64,000 bases of DNA from positions 12,152,001-12,216,000 of the forward strand of contig OX597822.1 in assembly GCA_951406725.2 (NCBI GenBank). Reading direction: 5' to 3'. The position numbers and the translations under genes are program-made. Shown here piece by piece: positions 54,191 to 64,000 of the stretch (the first letter of the stretch is position 1; each line of letters begins with the position of its first letter). The notes beneath the pieces were generated by a model. It ran no database searches. It was not told the origin of the DNA and saw only the letters and a program-made list of their open reading frames with translations. This DNA comes from Octopus vulgaris. Its lineage: Eukaryota.

Positions 54191-54414
54191 ATTTTCTATT
54201 TACCCATTATTAGTTTATTTCTTATTTTGGGGTTTTCATTTGATTTATTATATTTATATGTTCTTCTTATTAATTTTCAGCCTTTATTTTTATGTTTTTA
54301 TTTATATTTAGCTATTTATCTCTCCTTATATCTACAATGTATCTTAGGGCTTCAACAAGGAAAAGAATATTTTTAACATTACGTATATTTTTACCCATAA
54401 ACCCTAATTGAATG

Positions 54415-54558
<144 letters not shown>

Positions 54559-54571
54559 ACATATATATATG

Positions 54572-54756
54572 CGGCAAATAAGAAATTGGAGAGGATACAA
54601 AAATGACATACATCAGATGGTAGATACACTAGTATGTTTATTTAATTATTCCAAAGTATTAAAACGTATTAGAAATAAATAAATAAATAGACATACTAGA
54701 ATGTCTTCCAGCTGATATATGTCATTTTTGTATCCTCTCCATTTTCATATTTGCCG
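54572..54756. repeat. Long inverted repeat (arms about 73 bp, about 9 mismatches) heading a TA-flanked insert (54571-54892)
   Basis: cggcaaataagaaattggagaggatacaaaaatgacatacatcag... / ...ctgatatatgtcatttttgtatcctctccattttcatatttgccg. Confidence 0.88.
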
Positions 54757-54892
54757 TATATATTGAGGGTGAACCACTTTTTACCCCCGACTATATATAA
54801 CACTTAATTGCGTGATTGCCAATCAATAACCAGCACTTGGGTATGAATAATTGGGTACACTACCACCAGTATATTGGATAGGTACTATCCCT

Positions 54893-54914
<22 letters not shown>

Positions 54915-54924
<10 letters not shown>

Positions 54925-55301
54925 TAATTAGTAATTAATAATTTTACCAACCAGTGTTCAGTATGTAAAAGGACCATTTAAGGTATATTTAAACATTACT
55001 ATGTAAAATTAGGGTTCAGCAAAAAAAAAAATTACTTTACCACACACCGAACTTTTAGAAATAGCAGCCAAAGAATATTTATATCGAAGTGGTTTCTCTA
55101 CTATTGTAATCATTTCTTAAATATAGCAGCGAAAAACGTGTCGTTTTTCTACCTATTATATACATTATTATTATTACTTTGGCAATTTACTTAATCGTTA
55201 CATTTTATTGTTATTTTAATTTCAACTTTTCTATTATATGTAATTTTCTCGATGGTGTAATTTAATTATTCATTTTGAATTGATAAAAGTGTTTTTTTCT
55301 A

Positions 55302-55305
<4 letters not shown>
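54915..55305. mobile_element. TA-flanked element related to 26957-27241 (left part) and 39290-39381 (right end)
   Basis: aattaattaattag...cagtatgtaaaaggaccattt...cacaccgaacttttagaaatagcagccaaaga; 'gatggtgtaattta...tcattttgaattgataaaag' shared with 39327-39365. Confidence 0.6.
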
Positions 55306-55354
<49 letters not shown>

Positions 55355-55499
55355 AATATATGCATACATACATATATATATATATATATATACGCATATA
55401 TAAATATATTCCAGTTCGTATTTATATGTGCATGACATATTTTTATACTGTTATATCTCTTTACATCATTACAAACTTTAAGACTTTTCATATCTGTAC

Positions 55500-55690
55500 T
55501 TATAGTTTTAACTAAAATGATCTGTTACAGAACCCTTTATCTTATTTTCTTTGCCTTTGATCCCTAGTTTTCAATCACTAGATATCATGCACTTCCTTCC
55601 TTGATATATTCTGAATGTAATCTTGGTTCGTTGCTTGAATGCTTTTATCAGGATCACCTGTATGTTCTGCTAGGATAAATTATTCCGATT
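55500..55690 (-). mobile_element. Possible PLE GIY-YIG remnant
   Basis: Weak manual translation AFKQRTKITFR...ISSD*KLGIKGKENKIK resembling FK.R...H..SF...LS..IW.LK. Confidence 0.3.
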
Positions 55691-55994
55691 TTTTGTTGTT
55701 TTTTGGGGGGATAAGTAATCATTTTTACTCCTTCAATTGGTCTGTTTATCCTTATTATCTTACCTGGTCCTGATATACTTTCCTAAATTTATAAATAAGT
55801 TTTACTTTTATTAGACTAAATATGATAATACGTAGATTATAACTTTGATTATAACTATTTTTCCCTCTGTACTGCTAATGCCCAACTAGATCTCATTGTA
55901 GCGTCCTGTAGTTTATATTGTAGGCCCCTTTAACTGATAATAATAAAAGAGTTTATGTCAGCCCACCCAAACTATTTTTCTTGGTATTTAGCCA

Positions 55995-56226
55995 TTATTT
56001 TACTGCCCACGAGGGGCTAAACACAGAGAGGAGAAACAAGGACAGACAAACGGATTAAGTTGATTACATCGACCCCAGTGCGTAACTGGTACTTAATTGA
56101 TCGACCCCCGAAAGGATGAACGGCAAAGTCGACCTCGGTGAAATTTGAACTCAGAACGTAACTGTAGACAAAATACCGCTAGGCATTTCGCCCGGCATGC
56201 TAACGTTTCTGCCAGCTCGCCGCCTT
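55995..56226 (-). mobile_element. SINE family M with tail type 2, full length
   Basis: Reverse match to 14176-14382 including the head aaggcggcgagctggcagaaacgttagc. Confidence 0.92.
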
Positions 56227-57647
56227 CTAAATAACTTCGTCTGAGATTTGTTTTTTTTTCTATGTGGTAAAGTGAATTTATAGCCATAGGGAATTTGGGT
56301 TTGGGAGAATATCTAACAATATCAATTTAACTGTCAACTCTTAGTGTTTTAATACTAGCTGCATTAGATATTTTGATGATGATAAAAGGATAGATAAAAA
56401 TTGTTGCTAAATGACTAATCTCATGACCTCCACTGTGTTTCCACTACTGCCATTCCAAAATTGTAGTTGTTTCTCTTTAAGCTTATTCTGTCACATTAGT
56501 AGCAGCATGGAACCATTTCCTTCTCTAGTTCTGATGAAATATTTGCTAAAAATTATAATTGAAAACCCTGACTGTTGAAAATTTATATTTTGTAACTGAA
56601 GATAGAGCTGTATTTCAAATTGATGTTATGCTTGTATTGTTCGATTGAGTGGAGCCGCTTCAAACGGCCGTATTGCATTAGTACCTTCATATCATTGTTA
56701 GTTATTTGCTTTTTATTCGCCTTACTTCGAGCCGTGCGGATAATACCGGACTGGCTTGTCACATCAACTTAAGTACCTCATTCAACTGAATCCTAATTAT
56801 TTCTTATATATATATTAGATTCAAGGAGTGAGGTGTAGGGAGAAAGTTAGCTTCAAGCAGTCCTTAGCAAATATAAAAGAAATAACCCAGTTCCCTGCTG
56901 TGAGATATAAAAAGAACTTTCTTCTATTTATCGTACTTCAATAAGAAAAAATTCACAATCTTCAGTCTCAATAAACTGCTATTGTCCCCGACAGTTGCTT
57001 TATATCCATACATCCATGCCCCACCACACACATATTAAATAAGAATTCGTTATAGGCAGGAGACGCACACAGTATTAGATCTGAATAGTAATCCTTGTAT
57101 CATTCGTAATGCAGAAACATTGTGAAAGGGAAATGAACTGCAGTGTTATTTTAGAGGTGTTTAAAAACATCAATCTATCAGTGGCCGATGAAAGTTGCTT
57201 GGTATTTTCCACTGATATTGCATAACGAGGCAGAAATATACATGCAGCATCCGCCGCCGTGGCACGATTTTCGCCTACTGCTTATATAATTTCGAGGTTT
57301 TAGATTTGGTGTGTCTATGAGGAACATTATCCCCGGACGTATACCGCAGTTGATTAACTTTTTGCGATGTATTTCGATTAAGTATGATGCAACGATAGAC
57401 ATTTTAATCCAATACCACTTCTCTGGCATATAACAAATTTCTATTGAACCGGGTGGCTAATCCCAACATCTGTTAAAAGTCAGTCACCGTGTTCCTGAAT
57501 AAGTACTGGCGAAATTTGTATTACCATCTGGTTATATGCTATAGGAAAGCCTTACATAGCAGCAATGTTTTTGTTGGAGCAACTAATTAAGGTAATCTAT
57601 TCTCGTCATCGTCTTTTGTGGCAAATTTCGAGTCTTCGCTATTAGTG

Positions 57648-57862
57648 TTTTACTCTTTTACTTGTTTCAGTCATGTGACTGTGACCATTCTAGAGCACCG
57701 CTTTTAGTCGATCAAATCGACCCCAGGACTTATTCTTTATAAGCCTAATACTTATTCTATCGGTTTCTTTTGCCGAACCGCAAAGATACGGGGGATGTAC
57801 ACACACCAGCACCGGTTGTCAAGCGATAGTGGGGGAGACACAAACACACAAACATACACACA

Positions 57863-57910
<48 letters not shown>

Positions 57911-58078
57911 CATATATACGACGGGCTTCTTTCAGTTTCCGTCTACCAAATCCGCTCACAAGCTTCGGTCTCTTTTGCCGAACCGCTAAGTTACGGGGGA
58001 CGCAAACACACCAGCATCGGTTGTCAAGTGATGGTGGGGGAGACACAAACACACAAACATACACACACACACAAACAA

Positions 58079-58117
<39 letters not shown>

Positions 58118-58281
58118 CATATATACGACGGGCTTCTTTCAGTTTCCGTCTACCAAATCCGCTCACAAGCTTTGGTCGGCCCGAGGCTATAGTAGAATAC
58201 ACTTGCCCAAGGTGCACACAGTGGGGCTGAACCCGGAACCATATAGTTCGTAAACAAGCTACTCACCACACAGCCACTCCT
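57648..58281 (-). mobile_element. SINE family R with an internal tandem duplication of about 205 bp
   Basis: cggt..ttttgccgaaccg...tccgctcacaagctt occurs twice (about 57761-57965 and 57966-58172). Confidence 0.9.
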
Positions 58282-58386
58282 AAGCCTTCTGTGACCTTAA
58301 CCCTCCATCTTTTCGTTACTTGTCGTCGACTCGTTTCCAAGATTCGTCGGAAAATGAGCTTTGCAAGACTAATGGATCACATTATA

Positions 58387-58786
58387 TACTCTTTTACTCT
58401 TTTACTTGTTTCAGTCATTTGACTGCGGCCATGCTGGAGCACTGCCTTAAATCGAGCAACTCGATCCCGGGACTTATTCTTTTGTAAGCCCAGTACTTAT
58501 TCTATCGGTCTCTTTTGCCGAACCGCTAAGTAACGGGGACATAAACACACCAGCATGCTAAGGAGACAATCACAGACATACAAACATACAAACACACAGG
58601 CATATATATATATATATATACATATATACGACGGGCTTCTTTCAGTTTCCGTCTACCAAATCCACTCACAAGGCTTTGGTCGGCCCGAGGCTATAGCAGA
58701 AGACACTTGCCCAAGGTGCCACGCAGTGGGACTGAACCCGGAACCATGTGGTTGGTCAACAAGCTACTTACCACACAGCCTCTCCT
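58387..58786 (-). mobile_element. SINE family R, near full length
   Basis: Close reverse-complement match to 31456-31859. Confidence 0.92.
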
Positions 58787-59058
58787 GGTCACATCATTTC
58801 AATACCCAGTTCCTTATTTTGTGGGAAGCTCTTCCGCAGACCAAAAATAGTGCCGGATGTTTTCATGGACGTGCTCATTGCGAAAGAGTTCAAACAAGTC
58901 TTTCAAATGGGTAAGTAACACTGCCCTAGTTTAGCGACACCAGAAGGATGACAGTAAATTCAAATCCTACACTTCAAATTTTCATGGTTCCGGGGTGGAT
59001 AAAAGTATGCACCAATAAAATATTCGGGGTTGATAAAATCGAACGAACCCTCATTCGA

Positions 59059-59127
<69 letters not shown>

Positions 59128-59520
59128 TAATAATAATGAGAAGAAGAGGAGGAGGAAGAAGAAGAAGAAGAAGAAGAAGAAGAAGAAGAAGAAGAAGAAG
59201 AAGAAATGGAAGAAGAAAAAGAAGAAGAAAAAGAAGAAGAAAAAGAAGAAGAAGAAGAAGAATACCAACAACAATAATAATTTTATTCTGAAATTATTAC
59301 TTTTGTTTCGCTTCTCTGTTTTTTTTTTTCAGCTTTTTTTGTGTACCGCTTATACTAAAAAATTTCTTTCCATTAGTTTTTGTTTTATACTCAAACCGAA
59401 AAGAATATTTATCAAACTTCCATTTTCTTTATTTGTTTATTGGTTCGACCATTTATTTTTTCCTCTTCTTCTTCTTCTTCTTCTTCTTCTTCTTCTTCTT
59501 CTTCTTCTTCTTCTTCTTCT
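59059..59520. repeat. (AAT)n-(GAA)n array followed by an oppositely oriented (CTT)n array
   Basis: (AAT)n about 59059-59136, (GAA)n about 59155-59260, (CTT)n about 59465-59520. Confidence 0.95.
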
Positions 59521-60160
59521 CCCCCCCCCTCTCTCTCTCGTGTTCGCTCATTCGTCCTTAATTTTTCATGTTTTTTTCTCTTCTTCTGCCTGTCTGACAT
59601 GTAGAAATGATATCCCTCACTATCAAATAACGTAATTTATCATTGAAAATTACAGTAAGCAACCGACATTTTTAAAAGCTTCCACGCAAATAAATTTTGG
59701 CTTAATGTCCAAATTCCTGGTAGTTTTACAGATTTGTAGGAAATTCTAGCATGAACTTAATGATCTTTTCATTTTTTTAAATGTGTATCCTTCGTTCTTT
59801 CGTTCTTTCCATTATTATTTTTTCGTTTCCTTTTAGTTTTTTTCGGTTATTTGTTATTTACTAAATCATTTTTTACCTCATTATTTTTCGTGAATGTGAA
59901 CGAAAGGATAGTCACACCACTGAGTCAGGTGAAAAGCATATACAATTGTTTCTGGCTTCTCTGCATGTTTCCAAATTCTGACGGGAACAATTTCGACTGA
60001 AATTTGTAGGTGATAATATTAAAATCCATCCGTAAGTGTGCCTAAGGTTTAAAAACTTTGAAAAGAAACGGAAATATCGGGATACTGTCAATAAAATTCC
60101 CACTGTATTACTGGTAAAACCGAGACGGTACTCTTCGCCGAACAAAGTAACTGATTGCAT

Positions 60161-60253
60161 ATGGCACTCAGATATGAAAATGCCGCTCAAAATCTGAATA
60201 ATTTAACATGTTTTAATCCAACCTATCTTCAAAGAGAACTCAGAAATGAAAAG
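60161..60253 (+). CDS. Candidate coding exon 1 of a 68-aa unknown protein (MALRYENAAQNLNNLTCFNPTYLQRELRNEK)
   Basis: ATG preceded by an in-frame TGA (60152-60154); 31 open codons in unique sequence ending in phase 0 at AAG|GTAAGT. Confidence 0.55.
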
Positions 60254-60931
60254 GTAAGTATGAGAGAAATGTGAATGGATAATAAATCTGGGATAAGGTA
60301 CGGAAGACAAAAGGGCCAGGTAGAGGGGCATAACACACCTGACTCCTTTGTGCCATATGCCAGCTCTACTCAGTTATATGCATGGCAATATATTAACAGA
60401 ATATATGTCTACATGTGAATTATTCCTTATTGCAATATTTCCTTATTTTAATTATTCCAGTTCAATATTTCAGCTTGTGTAAAGGAGAATGGGGGAGTTA
60501 TCTACATACAAAATTGCTTACGAACCCCATGATATAGGATTGGAAAATGGGGCACATCGTTCAGCGTATGGTGGGAGTCATATATTTTAGAGTTGAAAGC
60601 ATGGAGTGCAAATTGCAGGACTGGGATAAAGACGTACTTTGTAGATGGCCCACATATCTATACCCTTTATCTCTTGCTTACTTCGGTCCTTTCACTGCGG
60701 CTATACTGGGGCAGATCCTTGAATGTTTTAGCTCATGAAATCCACCCCAGTACTTAATTTAAAAGTCTGAAACTTATTCTATCGATCTTTATAGTCGATG
60801 CGCAACAAAAGAATAGAGTAAACAAACCAAAACTCAAATATGAGTCCACCCTATAGTGGAAACAGCTGTAAGCCAATGAAGTTCAAAAAGTAATCGGTTA
60901 TTCCTTTGTCTTATCCATTCTATATATATAA

Positions 60932-61120
60932 CGAGCTGGCAGAATCGTTAGCACGCCGGGCGAAATACAGAGCGGTATTTCGTCTTTGTTTTCATCCTTT
61001 CATCCTTTCGGGGTCGATTAAATAAGCACCAGTTATGCACTGGGGTCTATGTAATCGACGCAATCTCTTTGTCCGTCCTTGTTTGTCCCCTCTATATTTA
61101 GCCCCCTATGGGCAATAAAG

Positions 61121-61124
<4 letters not shown>
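60932..61124 (+). mobile_element. SINE family M with tail type 2 and B-box deletion
   Basis: cgagctggcagaatcgttagcacgccggg...catcctttcggggtcga...gccccctatgggcaataaagaaa. Confidence 0.88.
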
Positions 61125-61168
<44 letters not shown>

Positions 61169-61635
61169 TAAATGAAAGGCGGAAGATGGAGGACACGAGA
61201 ATTTCTGTTCATCATGTAAATTGTTTCGTCACATGTAACATCGGTTCCTCACATGTGGAATACTTAACAACTGGTTCAGGAACGTCTGACGGTGCAGATG
61301 TGTCTCTTCGTGTGATAAATATATACAAGTTGTTAAAATAACAGTTTCGTAATGTATCGTCTCATCCCGTGAAAAGAAAAGCAGCAAATGAATGGATACA
61401 GCTTCATTTATATAGAAGATCAAAAATAAAATGGCAGATGACGAAAAAAGAAACGAACACGCAATACAGCGAGAAAAGTATTAAAAATAACTTTTGACGG
61501 ATATGGATGTACAAACGCCCTCGCGTAAGTTGCAAGGCGCATATACACTTGCGCATACAAGCATCCACGAAGATGTAATCATACGCACACGGGTGGTTTG
61601 GGGCGCATACGTTCACATAGCGTGTTAAGTAGATC

Positions 61636-62047
61636 CTTTACTCTTTACCTGTTTCAGTCATTTGACTGCGGCCATGCTGGAGCACCGCCTTTAATCGAAC
61701 AACTCGATCACGGGACTTATTCTTTTTGTAAGCCTAGTACTTATTCTATCGGTCTCTTTTGCCGAACCGCTAAGTGACGGGGACGCAAACACACCAGCAT
61801 CGATTGTCAAGCAATGCTAGGGGGACAAACACAGACACACAAACATATATACACACATACATATATATATATATACATATACACGACAGGCTTCTTTCAG
61901 TTTCCGTCTACCAAATCCACTCACAAGGCTTTGGTCGGCCCGGGGCTATAGCAGAAGACACTTGCCCAAGGTGCCACGCAGTGGGACTGAACCCTGATCC
62001 ATATGGTTGGTAAGCAAGCTACTTACCACAGAGCCACTCCTGCGCCT
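61636..62047 (-). mobile_element. SINE family R, full length
   Basis: Close reverse-complement match to 31456-31859; ends ccactcctgcgcc. Confidence 0.92.
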
Positions 62048-62330
62048 TTGTGTTTATAAGAATGGGGGAGTTAAAACTAAACTTCATTGCTCCAAATAAA
62101 TCACACTGTACTGAGCGAAAGTACATTTGTATGCATATAGGCATCTTGAGAGTCTTTCAGAAATTCTATTAATGATATTCTCATTGGTCTACAGGATGGA
62201 CAGGAATTCTTCGCAGCAGAGACAGCATCTCCTGGAAATGACATGACTTCGCGTGCCTTACTATATATATAATAGAATTTAAGGAATTTATCATACATTA
62301 TATGCAAGTGCTACTTTCATATCTTCGCAG

Positions 62331-62356
62331 ATTTACGCCTGTAAAGTCCCAGCAAA
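62331..62356 (+). CDS. Candidate 26-nt micro-exon 2 (IYACKVPA plus AA)
   Basis: Acceptor ctactttcatatcttcgcAG and donor AAA|GTATGA; phase 0 in, phase 2 out, linking exons 1 and 3 in frame. Confidence 0.4.
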
Positions 62357-62420
62357 GTATGAAGAATCAACATTAGAAACCTCTAATTAAAGGACGAATC
62401 CACATTTAACCATTATACAC

Positions 62421-62454
<34 letters not shown>

Positions 62455-62456
<2 letters not shown>

Positions 62457-62634
62457 TTGAAATTTACAGAAAAACGAAAGACGAAGACAGGTGTAAAAAC
62501 AGGTGTATTGGTTTGACGCTTGGGAACGTGATAAAGTCTTTAACGTATCGAGCCTATGCTCTTCAGCAGAAAAGAACACGATGAAATAAACAAAGAGAGT
62601 AAAAAATAGTTGTGGAGTTAGCGGTCAATCAGTG
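62455..62634 (-). mobile_element. PLE-like hammerhead terminal element H2, degenerate
   Basis: Minus strand ttt-CTGCTGA-A-gagc-atag-gctc-GATA-CG-TT-aaag; TA tracts on both sides; homologous to 40693 and 52657 copies. Confidence 0.7.
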
Positions 62635-62814
62635 ATATATATATATATTTATATGCCCCTTATGCATACATACATTGTAAATTAAATTTTGTGATAAGGC
62701 CTTATAACTGAACCTACTATTTTCTAACGACATTTTGTGTTAAGCACAAACGCATAAATGGTGCATGTATTAGTAAACCCGTTTATGTGTATATGTATAT
62801 GTTTCTCTTTGTAG

Positions 62815-62870
62815 GCCTGTATGCGTTATTACCGCTAATGGAGGAAGCTTCAGCGAAGGCTGTACAGTCG
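62815..62870 (+). CDS. Candidate coding exon 3 (K-PVCVITANGGSFSEGCTV)
   Basis: Acceptor gtttctctttgtAG and donor TCG|GTAAGA; GC-richer unique 56-nt block. Confidence 0.55.
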
Positions 62871-63783
62871 GTAAGATCCAGAATTGTTTTGATCTCATGT
62901 CAAGATCTAATGAACAGAATGGTAATTAGTACATTCTGCCCATTATGGATACATACCTACATACATATATACATACATACATACATACATACATACAACA
63001 CAGAAAAGTGTCTTAACTAAAAGATACCTTTACGCCATGTTAGCGACCGGCTTGAACTCTCTCAAGAAATTTAATATAAAATTTAAGATATAATTACATA
63101 TATGCACGCATATGCATAAATATCCGTGTATGTATGTGTGCGTGCATGTGTGTGTTTATATATAATATAATATATCTATAGGTATGTATGCATGCATGTA
63201 TGTATGTATGTATGTATGTATGCATGCATGCATGTATGTATGTGTGTATGTATGTATGTATGTATGTACGTATGTATGTATGTATGTATGTATGTATGCA
63301 TGCATGTATGTATGTATGTATGTATGTATGTATGTATGTATGTATGTATGTATGTATGTATGCATGCATGTATGTATATACGTACCGAAGGCGTGGAATA
63401 ATGAAGGAAGATAGAAAAATGTATTAGGGAAGTCTACGATCTCATAAAATGATACTAATCGCCAATTAAAGCAGAAATTACTTTGATTGGATTCTTTGAT
63501 ATTTGTCAAAGAGTATGAATTATAAATGTCAAAATTTTATGTTCTCGACTGATTCCGTTGCGATGATCACCCGTTGATGGATGATTGACTCCGACCGTGA
63601 AATCAAGAGCAAGTGACTCAATCTCTAATTAACAGCTGTATCGATTAACTACAGACATTGTGACCAATTTGTTGGTTTATCTAAAATCTATGGGTAACTG
63701 GATTATCACGTGAAAGTGTAAGAGGTTAGTTTTTGCCCTTTCCTTTCACTAACGAAAGTTAATCATGTGCGCATAATTTTCAG

Positions 63784-63815
63784 ACTTAGCAAGCTGTGTT
63801 CGTATGAAACTCTGA
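63784..63815 (+). CDS. Candidate terminal coding exon (D-LASCVRMKL-stop)
   Basis: Branch-point consensus CACTAAC at 63747-63753, acceptor ttttcAG ending 63783, TGA at 63813-63815 in the frame set by exon 3. Confidence 0.5.
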
Positions 63816-64000
63816 TGTCTGATTGATTTCCGTCTTAACTGACTTCCTTTCACTTATTCATTCATACATGATGAAGTCCGATCCTTCGTTTGTGACCCTA
63901 AAACCATCACGGGACGTGTTACGCAGTCCTTTTGTTGTCGCTTTACATTTCATGCTATAAAAACAATACCGAACGCAGGAACGATGCACGAACACATACC

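Noticed and set aside
58790-58917. Strong donor TGG|GTAAGT at 58911, or a hAT-like remnant on the minus strand across 57540-58910
   Set aside because: No convincing acceptor or ORF partner, and the transposase similarity is too weak to call by eye.
62195-62272. Alternative exon after ctacAG (DGQEFFAAETASPGNDMTSRALLYI-stop)
   Set aside because: Weaker pyrimidine tract and no good donor. It could be an alternative terminal exon but is unsupported without reads.

Overview
AT-rich, microsatellite-saturated animal genomic DNA. The SINE repertoire and repeat style point to a coleoid cephalopod, most likely Octopus (inference, not verified). Nearly all ORFs in the supplied track are translations of (TA)n, (CA)n, (ATGT)n and trinucleotide repeats. 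Supported content: (1) dozens of copies of about four tRNA-derived SINE families (CORE-like and Meta-like) that share and swap modules, several with clear target-site duplications; (2) decayed non-LTR retrotransposon fragments (two RTE-like, one R4/Dong-like, one HERO-like restriction-like endonuclease ORF); (3) about 15 short Penelope-like (PLE) terminal elements next to (TA)n tracts that carry type I hammerhead-ribozyme motifs, two with complete cores and stems (26372-26406 and 52462-52504), plus PLE GIY-YIG remnants and long fold-back hairpins; (4) a candidate host gene absent from the ORF track: four short phase-compatible + strand coding exons (60161-63815) encoding a 68-aa protein, possibly linked to a CRE/TATA-like promoter near 36.2 kb. 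All family names and structures were assigned by eye and need database or experimental confirmation.
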